DNA of 57,924 bases, filler included, from Sphacelaria rigidula (Eukaryota): NCBI GenBank assembly GCA_964200075.2. It is 6 parts of 6 records of this genome, joined end to end, with 100 filler letters (N's around TTAATTAATTAA, not from the genome) between each part and the next. Parts side by side here need not be neighbours in the genome. Positions count along the whole stretch, not along the records: positions 19,343 to 28,913 come from CAXNAA020008185.1; positions 29,014 to 38,584 come from CAXNAA020008186.1; 4 more parts are not named here. One strand, given 5' to 3'. The stretch's first letter is position 1. Every line of letters begins with the position of its first letter. Under the pieces are notes generated by a model. The model saw nothing but the letters and a program-made list of their open reading frames with translations. It did no database searches and was not told where the DNA came from. Of this stretch, positions 24,501 through 36,725 are shown in pieces. The translations under genes were made by a program, and so were the position numbers.

Positions 24501-27299
24501 TCCGTATTTGTACGACGTGTAGTACTCGTCAAAATCTACCAGTAGGTGAAGGAATGGAACCATATTTGGTGTGGATTCTTCCTCCTCAAACCAGCCGATT
24601 TGGGGCAAACGTTCGTGGATTGGAGTCATGCCACGGTAGGGATGCACGAAATATGTCTCGAGTTTGAATCGTTAGGAGCCCTCCATCTCATCCGAAAACG
24701 ACTGATGAAATATGTGAGAGTACGCCACGAGTTGCAGTCCGATGGGCTAAATACATCTCAAACGAACTGCATAACGGGAAGGTAGGTCCTGACCCATCGT
24801 TTTGTGTAGCTCCCAACGTTGAGAGTCTCTCAATGAGGAACATCCGGGCCCCTACCGTGGCATGACTCACTAGAGATTCTAAAAAGAGGGGCAGAAGGCG
24901 ATTTCGACCTTGTCCTGTTTTTTTTTTTCATTTTCGAGAAGAGAGCGATTGAGGTATCTCCCCTGCGGCCAGGGGGGTTTGCAACCTTCCTCCTACGAGC
25001 GCCCCCCCCCCCCCCCCCCCCTCTCCGCTGGGTGATTTCCCTATGCAATGCGTTGTCTTGTTCTGTACGATTGGGAATGAGTGTGGTTTCTGCACAAGAC
25101 CTTTCCCACCGAAGCCATGTGGCAGCGGCCGGCCATTTCTAGTTTTTCTCTTGCTTGTCTGTGTTTTTTTGTTTTTTCCTTCTTTACTCTTACTTTCTCT
25201 TCTTTTTTGAGTCTACAGTACTCTGTCGGTTGTACCTTTTCTGTTCTATTTTTCTTCACGTTTCTTCGGCGAATGTTTCGAATTTGTTTCATCTCGGGAA
25301 CGTCTACCATGTGCTCACGGCTGCATCCCGTGTATGCGTTATAAACGACACAATCAATCAACCCAATCAACCAAGGCACGGATCCCATAGTCGTTTCAAG
25401 CCGAACAAAACATTTTCACGGCTCAGGCACCGCTCAGGCGTCGACTCTGTCCCCTGTTTGAATGGTGAGAGTGGGCGCCACTGCTATGTGGAGAACCACA
25501 TGACAGTAGCATGCGTACCCACCTTCCACTATATTGCCAATTTGGGAATGTTTGGGCTTTTTCTACTGGGAGAACATCCTACGAGTTACCTTGCCGCGGG
25601 GAAAACCTCGATAGCGACACATGAATACTGCGGTACGTTGGGAGCAAAAATGAAGTTTTCAAATATGACACACCCTTTAGCTTCCGCGTAAATAAGACCC
25701 CTCCCCCCCCTCCCCTCTGAATTCCATGGCCGATAGATTTGTCACTTATAGCAGTATCTCTGCTTGGCATGTTTTCTTTTATCTTGGTTTTGCCCAAATA
25801 AAACACAGACAGAGTTCCCGTTAGACTCACCCAAATTGTGCTGCATCGGTAGACACCAGCATGATCGAGAAAGGTCGTATTTGGAAGCACGTATCATTTG
25901 ATCGGGACGAGATACTAGGGCTATGGACTTGTGCGATCCTCCAGTAAAGCTGTGGATTGTCACGTCGAGAATTCTTCCCACCCTGGTATTGTCAGGTCTC
26001 AGTAACGGTCAGCTTCGCTCACACTGGCCCGATGCTTTCCGATGTTTCCGCGCTGTCAGTCCCACCGGAATGTTTACTGGTTCCCCGAGAGTTCGTGTCA
26101 TTTGTTAACCGTCAACTGGGTGTGTGCCATACTTCACTCCGCACCAGTCAGCTGTCGTCAACCAAGGCGGGTGAGAACAACGATAATGCCTCTGCCTCAT
26201 TTCGCAACACGCCCGACCAAACTTTATGTAACCGACGTGTACTTCGCGTGTACTGTAGAGCGACCCTGTTACGGTGGAAATACGTTAACGCGCGTGATGT
26301 TTGGTAGCCACAATTGACAAAGGAGGCATATTTTTCGATATTTCCGTTGATCCTAGCGTAAGTGTGGTTTCTATCTTAAGCATCGCAACATATGAAGAAG
26401 ACAAGGGGACGAGTAGTACAGTACAAGGATTCACCCCCTGAGTCTACAAGCTCGTCCTGAGGGAGGGGAGGACGGGATGGGAGGGGGGTTCCTTAAGACG
26501 AGTCCGTTGTCTCAAGGAAAGAGGGGGGTTCCTTAATAGAATTTCCCGCAATGAGAAAAAGAAAACGTGAACATAGTACCGTTCAGCTCGACCTATGAAT
26601 ATGAGCCTTGTTGGTTGCTACCACAAGCCCATGCCCTGGCCGTCACTGATTAACTCTCAAGTCCTCATCAACTTGCCCTGTCAGGTCAGCAGGGGCGACG
26701 GCAGATTGCGGCTCGGATTGATCATCGCACTGACAGGTGGTCAACGCGCCGGCCGGATCGTGACTACAGTAAGAGCTATCAGAACACCGCAAAAACAATT
26801 GTGTAAGCGTTTCAAGCACCCTAGCTTGCAGAGTGGGGTGAGGTAAGAAGATGATATCCCCCTGGATACTCTGAATCCTGTGGAAATGGAACGACATATC
26901 CTACTCGAAAGGTGGGGAGGGCACAAAGGTTGCCGATATCATTACAAAATGAAACCACAGTACCCCGGAGGGCGGGGTTACGTTTGGCTGAAAAATACAC
27001 AAAAATATACGCACAACTCGGTATGAAAAACAAAAATATTGAAAACAAATCGTCGGCTACATGGTACCCGGGCCCTCAGCGGCCAAACAGACAAAATATG
27101 GAAGCTACACAGGTCGGCGTACCGAACACGTCAGGACAGGGCAAGGCAAGGCAATTCGACGCAAGGTAAGGTAAGGTAAGGCCAGACGACACAGTAAGGG
27201 CCGAAGGATGATGGGATCCAATCACGAGCCTACAAAAAGACACTATAAAACAAACGAAACAGAAGAGAACGGGACGGAGTAAAGCGGAGCAAACCACAA

Positions 27300-27435
27300 C
27301 AAAAACACAGCACAGCACAGCACAGCACAACACAGGACAAGACAAGACAAGACAACACAGCACAGCACAGCACAGCACAGCACAACACAGCACAACACAG
27401 CACAACAACAACAATAGCACACGGCAAGACAAAAC
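27300..27435. repeat. (CACAG)n/(GACAA)n pentanucleotide microsatellite
   Basis: Directly visible. Confidence 0.95.
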
Positions 27436-27647
27436 ACGGGGGAGAAGAAATCGAGGGAAAGGGTCCATACAAAGGGAGAAACTCAGGAATTAAGCCCTCA
27501 TTGCACCACAAGCGGGGGGGGGACAGGGGCGTATCACATCTTCGATTAGTAGGCGAAGTATCAGAAGAAATGGAAATCGTGTACCTACAAAATAGGGATG
27601 ACACGGATGTCACCAACAACCTCGTAAAACCACCAACCCATCGCCCA

Positions 27648-27781
27648 TCACCCGCCCCCGACGTCCTCATCGATCAGGGGCGGTGGCTCTCTCCAGTAAT
27701 TGAGGTCCGAGAACTCGTCGTCAGCTGCGGAGCGGTTCGGGAAAGCTGTGATTGTGGTCGGAGAGTTCCCCGTGGTGTTGC
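27648..27781 (-). CDS. PAH1: Lipin / phosphatidate phosphatase, terminal exon
   Basis: gcgcAG|GC (phase 1) ...DDEFSDLNYWREPPPLIDEDVGGG*. Matches the lipin C-terminal FSxFxYWRxP motif. Confidence 0.8.
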
Positions 27782-28523
27782 CTGCGCAACATTTGTGCAT
27801 TGATGGTCGGGGGTTTGAGGTTTCCTCCTGTAGGTTCACGATCGCTGCCTGTTGCGCTCATCATGACGGCAAAGCATACCGTGTACTGTTGTGTCGGCAG
27901 AGGCTGTCACACAGCTGGTGTAATGTTCATGGTTGCCTATTTGATGCTCGAGCATACACATATATGTACATACTGTATGTCCAACATCATTCGGTTACCG
28001 CCTGATACATGTATCAACCGCTATATAGGTTGACTTGTCGGATCTAGGAGATATGGCCCTATATCGAATCAATCGGTAGCCTTAGGTTGAAGGTGAAAGG
28101 GTGTCAATAACGGTGGTGGACCTAGGGCGAGATATTTCTCCCTCAAGCAAGTGAATCCCGTGGAAGAAGAACTGAAGAGCTACGAGAAATGGCAAAGGAG
28201 GCTGGGAAGGGGAACAATGGAAAGGTGCAATCAATCCTCAACATACTCATACTGCCGTGAAATCTTCTCCGGGTGAGCTAGCTGTGACTAAGCTCTACGA
28301 CTTTGTATCTGCGTCGATAAGAAGATCCTCCTGTTGTGCTGATCGAGGATGCTCAGAACGGCGCTCAAGTACCTCCCCTGAGTTTTTCAGACAATTCTCG
28401 CGCAAAAGCTGGCGGCTCTGACACTACATGATGTCCCGCTGAACATCGCCACTCCGCTTCATCCCTTTAGATTCATGTTGTTTCTCAACCGCGTAGGGCG
28501 TTGAAACCCACAAAGAACTGTAC

Positions 28524-28686
28524 CTTTCTCGTCGTTAGTGGCTGTTCCGCCGCGCTGAAGAAGGGGTGGGAATACGAAGTCGACGTTTTGGCACAGCATA
28601 TCGAAGGTGTAGATATCCGTCTTGTTCCTCTTCTTCAACATTCCGCCGGTGTCTAGCATGAAAATTCGTCCGACTGGCACCATCCC
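28524..28686 (-). CDS. PAH1: Lipin / phosphatidate phosphatase, penultimate exon (end of LNS2 domain)
   Basis: tgcAG|GMVPVGRIFMLDTGG...YTFDMLCQNVDFVFPPLL...DEK G|GT. Matches lipin VPxxRIFxxxxxG...VDxxFPP; phase 1 fits the next exon. Confidence 0.82.
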
Positions 28687-28913
28687 CTGCACAGTGAAAT
28701 ACGACATCATTGTATTTTTACTATCGACCAGGGGCGGGGGTAATGAACGTCGGGGTGAAGGTGGTATTGGTATTATGCATGGTAAGTTTGGTTTCTCGTT
28801 GAACAAGGTTTCTCACTGAACAAGGACGACATCTTTTTACAGGGGGTGTACTCATGATCATGCATGCCATAGTCATCAGACCATTGACCTCGCATCCCTA
28901 CAAAGCTGGGACG

Positions 28914-29013
28914 NNNNNNNNNNNNNNNNNNNNNNNNNNNNNNNNNNNNNNNNNNNNTTAATTAATTAANNNNNNNNNNNNNNNNNNNNNNNNNNNNNNN
29001 NNNNNNNNNNNNN
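28914..29013. other. Artificial contig spacer
   Basis: N44-TTAATTAATTAA-N44. Confidence 0.99.
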
Positions 29014-29219
29014 ACCGGGGGAGACATGAGTTGATCCCTTGAGACCACGGACTCAAAGTGTGAGGGAAAAAAAAAAAAAAAACTTCGCAGCTATGCTTTG
29101 CCCCCTCACACCAACAACCCCCACCCATATCCCAACCACATTCAATCGTCTCGCCCCCCGCACCCAAAAAACGTGTGTGCATTGCAAACACCACCCGCCA
29201 GCCAACAAGCTATTCCGAG

Positions 29220-29534
29220 ATGACCAGATCGCATCGTGGGAGAGGCGCAGTGTCGCGGCTAGCGTCATCTTGGGCCGTCTCCTTCCTCGTGCTCAGCACC
29301 CCACCTCCCCCTTTCCATCAGCTCGGTCGACACCTTTTCCGCGGACATCACCTTAGCGGTGGCCGGGGCCGACGGGGAGATATCGGAGTTAGCAGCGGCG
29401 GTAGCGGCGGAGGGGGTGGAGCTCCCGTTATCGGCGGGGTCATGGCCGTGGACCAGAAAAAGTTTAGGAAGTGCGCGGACACGGGGTTCTGCCGCCGCAA
29501 CCGCGATAGGACGGCGGCCACCCCGGCTTCTCCG
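29220..29534 (+). CDS. GANAB: Glucosidase II alpha subunit (GH31), exon 1
   Basis: ...AVDQKKFRKCADTGFCRRNR matches the GII-alpha N-terminal FKxCxxxxFCxRxR motif; donor CCG|GTAAGA. Start codon is inferred. Confidence 0.88.
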
Positions 29535-30351
29535 GTAAGACAACAGTAAGTAGTGAGCAAAATACGAACAAAAACAAAAACGACGGCGGTGCGGTACAGC
29601 ACGGTGCACAATCGAGAACGGAGAACGATGGAAAAGCACATATTTACCCTTCGACCTCCAGCATCGTTTCGGAACAGTCCGTGGGTCCTGCGGGCTAGGG
29701 TCGGATTCCCCTTACCCACGTCTAGTCAGCTCTGTCCGTACCCTAAACATGATACATGCAGTACAGGGTGAAGCTCGACACCTTTGTCTCTCACGAAAGG
29801 ACCTTTCGCCCGTCCGTTCCCTGCGAATTCGTGAGACAACCACTCAATTCTCTTCACAGCGTAGAACAGTCATCAGACAACAGTGGTCCTTTGTTAATCG
29901 GAGTCGTGAGCTGCTCATTCCATTCCACTGCCTTGTTTCGTTTTTTATTTGTTCAGCTTTACGTACTCTCGTGAGGTTTTTGTAAAATTTTGCCCTCGGA
30001 ACCGCGACCGGATATTCGACAATAAACATTTATGTTCTTATTTTTTTCTTCAGCGAGTGTTTCAGTTTTGTCTCGTCTCGGGTACGTCTATCATGTGACC
30101 ACGGCTGGATCATGATCCCTGGGGGGTCACTTCAAGTGCGACAATCAAATAATCAAATCAATCAAATCATATACTGGTATTGTAGTAGTAGGGTACACAC
30201 ATACCCTCTTAACTTTTTTTTTTCATCTCAACGATTTTTAATGTTTTAATGGATTCTTCTTTTCGTGTTATGCTGCACCTGTTGTACGTTTTGGGCTCGT
30301 TTTTTTTTTTTTTTTTTTGACGGGTCGCGGCCGGGGGGGGGCGGCGAACAG

Positions 30352-30519
30352 TTCCGGGTTGACCCTGCAAGCGTGAAGAGCGGATCTGACGGGATCTCGG
30401 CAAAGATACTCCCTGGTGGTGGCGGGACGTCGCCATTGTCTTTGACTGTCCGTTTGTTCTCCAATGGGGTTTGCAGATTGAAGATCGACGAGGCACCACC
30501 GACGAAGCAGCGATGGGAG
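30352..30519 (+). CDS. GANAB: Glucosidase II alpha, exon 2
   Basis: cAG|FRVDPASV...LSLTVRLFSNGVCRLKIDEAPPTKQRWE|GTGAGG, phase 0/0. Confidence 0.88.
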
Positions 30520-30983
30520 GTGAGGATCATAATGACCTTATCGAGAGTAATGGGCGACTTTGGGGGCGAAAGCTCGATATTCCTTCACCCTAGCCCGGAG
30601 CGGGTGTCATTTTATTGAAATTTGTAAAGAAAACGAATCTTTGGAGGAAAAACGGTGGTATGACTGTTGCTCTGATCTCCCGCTGTGATGGTTTCGGGTG
30701 TTTTTTTTTCCGAGCCCTCGACGGCGACCTCCTCCTGAAGCTACCGCTCTCTACAGTATTTTACACATCAATTACGTCGCCTACCTCGCCTACCTCGCGC
30801 AATGTAACATATCCCATTTTTGGCTGGTCATATTCCGTCGGTGTCTTCAAGGTTATCATGTATTCATCTACAGTGAGTGAGTACATAACAAAGCGACATA
30901 TACCTTGCATGCAGTGCCTCAAAACGCTCTTTGCCTAGAATGCCTCGTGTGTAGAGGCTTTTGCTTTCCCATGTTTCTAACTC

Positions 30984-31284
30984 GCCCCGGTGGTGTAATG
31001 ATCCGACCGTCGTCATTTGGGTGGAGAAAACGGGGGTTCAATTCCCGATGCGTTGGGTTTTTTCTTCGTAAGGTATGATTTCCACCGTGGAAAGCGTGGG
31101 AACGTGAGTAAACAAGGTAGTCAACTGGGGTTGTGTGACGTGAGTTGACGCGCTGCGGGAGTGCTGACCCAATCCGCGAGACCAAAGAGAAAGGCGCATC
31201 CCGGGGGAGAGATGGGTTGATCCCTTGAGACCACGGAGTCCTCCTGAGGAAGGGGAGGGGTTCAGAGTGTGAGGGGAAAAAAAA
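30984..31284 (+). mobile_element. tRNA-derived SINE
   Basis: A-box TGGTGTAATGA (30991), B-box GGTTCAATTCC (31035), A-tail. Homologues at ~32432-32715 (+), ~33120-33175 (-), 38685-38842 (-) and 29014-29082 (3' part). Confidence 0.8.
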
Positions 31285-32431
31285 CTCATGAGGATACCCT
31301 CCCCACTCCCCCCGCCCTTGGACGGGAGGGACGATACCCTCGTGGGTCACGTGCGGTGAGCCACGGGGACAAGGGGGTGTGTTCGTTGTGGTATTTATTA
31401 TACTCCAGCGTGTGTTTGGAGCAACATAAGTCCTCGGGTAAGGACGATAATGGAGTAATGTGAGATGAAGACGTGAATGTTGCAATCGCCCATCTTCAGA
31501 GTATGAAGACACTCCGGTGACGGGAATGGATGATGACTCAATGTGACGGTGTATTCTGCTAACAAGAGATACTCTAGTCAACATGCGGAGGGGGGACGAT
31601 CCCTCCCGCATGCAGGTGCTGCAGGACCAGGATCGTCTCTGGTGCTCACACGCACTCACTTCAATTAGATCAGATTGAAATGAAGGGCTGTACAAGTCAG
31701 TCAACGATATATATATATATTTTTTGACGCGACGTTCCTTACCATTTTCCACCTACGGCAGTGTGGTCTATCTATCCATTTGGTGCACGTGTACTGTACA
31801 TGGCTTTCACGACTGTTTGTGTTCGAAACCGTACGACAGTTTCGCTCCTTTCGAGAAGACCGTGTTGAACCTGCAGCAACTAGTTAGTCTCCGATGTCGA
31901 GTCGTCTCGTTCCATTGTACACGTCATCATCCAAGCATTCGGGTTGTTTGTGAAGGGCACAGTTGGAGTAGGATCTGAACGCCACCCAACCTTTGCATGG
32001 CACGAGGCGCCGCAGCGACCAGGATCCTCTACTTGAATATATCTCGCAAGAATTTACGGCGGCGGAGTAACAGCCCCCCTCGCCAGGAACTGAAGTTGGT
32101 CATTCAGGATGATGTGGGAAATAGGGCAATATTATTGACCCTAAATATGTATATATAAGGCTGCTTTTCCCATGATCCGAAAAAAAAATCTGGAAGAAGT
32201 TTGGGGGGTGGTGTGTGCGTTCGAGACGAGCTTTTCTGAAACCGTTTTTCATGGACCCTCTTCAGAGGGAGGGAAAGTTCACGCAGACCGGGAGTTTTTG
32301 CCGAAGATTTGCGTGTTTTGCGCCCATCTCGTCCAAAAAAGCAGACTGTCCTGTAATTGGAGAGGTCAAAATGCGTCGGGCAAAGTGTGAAGGGTGTGTA
32401 TCTAACAGAAAACGCCCCCCATTAAATGCCG

Positions 32432-32715
32432 CCGCGTCCCGGTGGTGTAATGGTCCGACTGTCGCCATTAGGGTGGAGAGAACGACGGTCCGGTTCACGA
32501 TTCCTTTTTTTTTTTCTTCGATCTGATTTCCACCGTCAAAAGCGTGAGTACTCGAGTAATTAAAGACTAGTCAGCTAAGTTTGTTTGACGAGAGTCGACC
32601 CAGTGTGGGAGTGCTGATGGTCATGATCCAATCCGCGACACCGACATTCAAGGCAATGTACCGGGGAGAGGTGACTTGATCCCTCGAGACCACGGACCTG
32701 CCCCGAGCAAGGTTT
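32432..32715 (+). mobile_element. tRNA-derived SINE, diverged copy
   Basis: gccgcgtcccggtggtgtaatggtccgac...ttgatccctcgagaccacgga, colinear with 30984-31284. Confidence 0.75.
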
Positions 32716-33632
32716 TTTTTAAAGTGCGACAGATGAAAGGTATATATTAAGCACGGTACCACTAGCTGTACAGACAGTACATACATGGATTATTACAATG
32801 CAGCTCTGTGCGCGAAGTAATGAGCACAGATAGCGCACACAGTGCACGGTGCAGCACGACAAAGCCGCCAGTACCGCTGCGCAAGAACAGTACAGACAGT
32901 ACACACAGCTCCAGCAGATATAGGTATTGCAGTTCATGTGTTCATATGTGCGTGAACAAACGACACCAGCATGCCGAAGGGTATATGTAATGCGGCCGCG
33001 AAGACAGAAGAGACCACTGCACCGTACATGCAAGCATATGGACTAGTAGGACACCAGCAGCGAGCAAGATGCTGCAGACAACGGACAGTACAGCGGCCGC
33101 TGCTTCATTCACCCAATGATGGGTTCTCTCCCCCCTTACTGGTGACATTTGGACCATTACACCACCGGGGCGCGTATATAGTGAAGAATGATTTGTCCTC
33201 GGTCCGCGCAAGAAATAACCTCCGCCCATCTATCACACGCTCCGGTCGATCCTTCACTTCACCTGTTTTGTCGCGGAAATGTCGCAAGTGTGTAGAGGTA
33301 GGTCAACATCTTGATCAATCCAATCCAATTCAACGATCGAAGACAAGCAACACAAAACATCCGCGCCAGACCATGATGGTCGGACCGAGCAAACGGCCAA
33401 CTTCACGCAATGATTGTGTGCACCCCGCCCCGCCAGCGTACCTGAACTAAAGGCGTTTTTTTATTCTTTCTTTATTTTTCGTCACACTTTCGACCACCCT
33501 TCCCTTCCTCAGGACGAGTCCTTGGTTAGGAGAGATTAAACCATATATTTCCCGGCGGTATGCAATGTATTCCTCTTCCCTTGCCCCCCCCATTTCCTTC
33601 CACTCGTGGGTATTGGCGCGCGTCCGTGATAG

Positions 33633-33874
33633 CCTCCGGATGTTTTCTTGGAACACCAACTGGAAGCGGCGGCGTTCTCCATGCTTGCGGCGGGAGATTC
33701 GAAGCTACCGCCCGCCTTGAAAAAGCTGCCTCCTGACTGGGGGGGTGTTCTAGCATCTTACGGGAGCGGCAGCGGCAGCGAGAGCGGGGGCACGTTCGTA
33801 TTGAGCCTGCAATTCGACCCGTTTCAGGCGGATCTTTATGCCGACGGCGAGTTGGCCGTGTCTGCGAACAGAAG
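33633..33874 (+). CDS. GANAB: Glucosidase II alpha, exon 3
   Basis: tAG|PPDVFLEHQL...LQFDPFQADLYADGELAVSANR AG|GT (phase 0/2). Confidence 0.85.
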
Positions 33875-34318
33875 GTGTGTGTCGTACTCCGCTGTATCAT
33901 GCTATGTGTCATACTCTTCCGTGTTTCATACGCCGATATGTCATATTCTTCCATGTTTCATACACCGATATGTCATGCTATTCCATGTGTCGTAATCCAC
34001 CGTGTCATTCTCCACCGTATGTGTCCAACTCCGCTTAATTACATACGTGTGCGTGTGCGCGCGCGTGTGCGCGCTTGTGTGTGTGTGAACTGTGTGTTTC
34101 GGTTCGGTTTACGAGTAGTTTTGGGTTGCTCTGGGTTGACTTTGTGGTCAGGTTTGGTTGGGTTCTGATTTTCGTTCGGCCTGTCTGATTTTTGTTGTGT
34201 TTTATTCTGTTTTGTTCCGTGTCTGATTGTGTCGTTGCCTCGTTGTGTGTGTGGGGGGGTCCTTGTGTTTTCCCACTGTGGGCTGCTTGTTTTCGTTGAA
34301 AATAAAAATCCCTCGTAG

Positions 34319-34409
34319 GGGGCTGATGCACTTCGAGCAGAAGAGGGAGCGTGACTCCAACACGAAATCCGCAGGCGGGAAGACCGTAGATCTTCACGGA
34401 GGCAAGAAG
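34319..34409 (+). CDS. GANAB: Glucosidase II alpha, exon 4
   Basis: tAG|G GLMHFEQKRERD...DLHGGKK|GTATGA (phase 2/0). Completes the NxRGLxxFE motif. Confidence 0.85.
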
Positions 34410-35199
34410 GTATGAAGCTGGGAGATTTAGGCGACCAGGGGGGGGGAGAGGACCGGTAGATGCAGCGCTTACTGCAAAACCAAATAATGTACAGGCATTT
34501 TTGTGCTGCAATCGCATGATGACATGAGAAAAGACACTGACATGAAGATTTGATAGAGGCACAAGACCCTGACTGAGTATAACACATCCACATGCTGGAG
34601 TATGACGCACACGGGAGTATCGCACCCACCCGCTGGAGCATGGCACATACACACTGGTATATGACATCTGCACACACGCCACCACACACAGGGCACACGG
34701 GATGGCCGAATGCGCGCAGGGCGTACAGCACTCGAGCTTCACGATACACTGTGGGGCTCTCCCCCACCAAAACAAAGTCGCCCGAAACAACTGGAGAAAC
34801 TGTTCTGCAAACATGACAAGACGCGAAGCAAATGTTGTACTGTGGTAGAATTACCATTCACATCCTCCTTGTGCGTTGCTATTGTTTTTGTAGTTGTCTC
34901 TATTATGGGTTCGAAAAAAAATCTTGTTGAAAACTTCGTTTCGGGCCCCTCTTCAACGTTTTACGCCAGCAATAGAGGGCTAGGCGGGATGTTAACACCT
35001 TGGAATTACTTCGGTAGACTATAGTTCGGGACCTTGATTTCCATTGTTCCAGCTTGGCTATGATTGAGGGGGGCAATTGAAATTGTTTTCGCCAACAGTC
35101 TCTTAATTTCTTGATTTTTCTAACAATTTTAGCTAGGTTGCCAACCTACTGCAAGGGCGGACTGACCTCTGCAGTATGCATGATGGCTTCCACTCGAGA

Positions 35200-35400
35200 T
35201 CCTCCCCTTTCAATCGGGCGACCCGGAATATTTTGTGGAGAATAAAAAATAAGTGTTTTATGATATCACTCCCCCTTCAATGGGGCGACCCCGGAATATT
35301 TTGTCAAAAGTGAAGTGTTCCATAATGTTACTCCCCTTTCAATCGGGCGATCCCGAATAGGTTGTGAAAGATAAAGTGGTGCATAATATTACAATTATTC
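35200..35400. repeat. Three-copy tandem repeat of about 63-68 bp
   Basis: ctcccc.ttcaat.gggcga.cc.gaat occurs at ~35202, ~35269 and ~35331. Confidence 0.75.
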
Positions 35401-35845
35401 CGAAAATAGACACCTCCCACCCACATACTTCCGTTGTATTACTTTTCTCCTTTCTTTTTGTTGCGTCAACATGCACAATTCTGAGTGATGTTCGTGGTGT
35501 ATATCATATAGTTCGACGACAGCATCATTTTTTTTTTTCTGTTGTAATTATTTTATTTTCTATTTCTGTTATATTTTATTTTATATGATATTGTGTTATT
35601 TTTTGTCGCACATTAACTGACCCCCAGTGAGGAATCCATCCAGCAGTGGCAAGAAAAAACGATGTTCCCAAGGTTGAGAACAAACGAGACAACTCTCGTC
35701 AATAAAGAAGCTGTCGGGTAGCAGTACTGTAGCAAGAGAGAGAAAAAAAAGGGGAAAATCCAACAATGATGGAACTGATGACGAAACACGCCAATACAAG
35801 AGAGGTACCTGTTGCCGATGAATAATCACACTATTTCATTGTCAG

Positions 35846-35957
35846 GTGGCTGACTACGGAGAGGACGGTCTGGCGATCTACGAAGATGGCACGAGGGAGA
35901 CGCAGGAGGAGCACAACCGCCTCTTGGAGGAGGAAGCGGCTAGGCTAGGCGTGGACG
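35846..35957 (+). CDS. GANAB: Glucosidase II alpha, exon 5 (gene continues beyond contig)
   Basis: tcAG|VADYGEDGLAIYEDGTRETQEEHNRLLEEEAARLGVD G|GTAAGT, in phase with exon 4. Confidence 0.8.
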
Positions 35958-36389
35958 GTAAGTGCATGCTTAGGGACAGGGGAGGTGGGGGGGGGGGGGG
36001 GGGCGTACCCATTTTTTTTTTGCCTTGGTCGTTGGACCATTTCATTGACCGCGCATCGCTTTCGGGAGGGAGNNNNNNNNNNCGACTTGGAAGAGGAGGG
36101 GGACGGGTCTGGCTCGGAGGGTAATGCAACCCTCTGAACAAGGGGAGTGGGGGGTTGCGGGTGGCGTACCCATTTTTTTCTTGCCTTGGTCGTTGGACCA
36201 TTTCATTGACCGCGCATCGCTTTCGAGACGGAGCACCGTTCCCACTCCTGATAGAGACGCCTTCAACATTTCGGCGTTCAGTACGTTTCTTCCGTACATG
36301 TATTTAAGACACAGTCGGACAGTGAGTGTGACTTATCCTACCCGGTGTGTAAACAAAATAGATTACAAAGATTGACAAACAACTCATCA

Positions 36390-36725
36390 TTCCCGAGATG
36401 CGTTGGCATCTCAGGATCGGTTGGTCCAGTTCAGGTTGAACATTTTACCGCAGCAGCTATTCAGTTTGTTCCGCCACATGGTTGAAGTCACACCCCATGC
36501 GGCAGAAATTGCCGGTGTTGCCCGTACCCCCGGCAGCTATTTTGCTCTGTGCAGCAAATGGTCTGGGGTTGACATTTCATAGTCTACACGGATCATAAAG
36601 CTCTCTGTCATATTCATCAGATGCAGGACAACAGTAACATGCTGACCCGTTGGTCGATTCAACTGCAAAGTTTTGATTCTACAGAGAAGCATGTCTCGGG
36701 TAAATTAAAGTTGCACGATAACCTT
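36390..36725 (+). pseudogene. Ty3/Gypsy RNase H relic in intron
   Basis: FIVYTDHKALCHIHQMQDNSNMLTRWSIQLQSFDSTEKHVSGKL matches the TDHxxL...LxRWxxxLQxFD...HxxGK signature. Confidence 0.75.

Noticed and set aside
27076..27670. Cys-rich membrane protein ORFs
   Set aside because: Translations of the (CACAG)n microsatellite.
30984..31060. Functional tRNA gene
   Set aside because: A/B boxes are present but there is no convincing cloverleaf. It continues into a shared body and A-tail, so it was called a SINE.
35990..36230. Tandem duplication of a LINE 3' end around the 10-N gap at 36073-36082
   Set aside because: Near-identical sequence on both sides of a scaffold gap next to a G-run; likely an assembly overlap.
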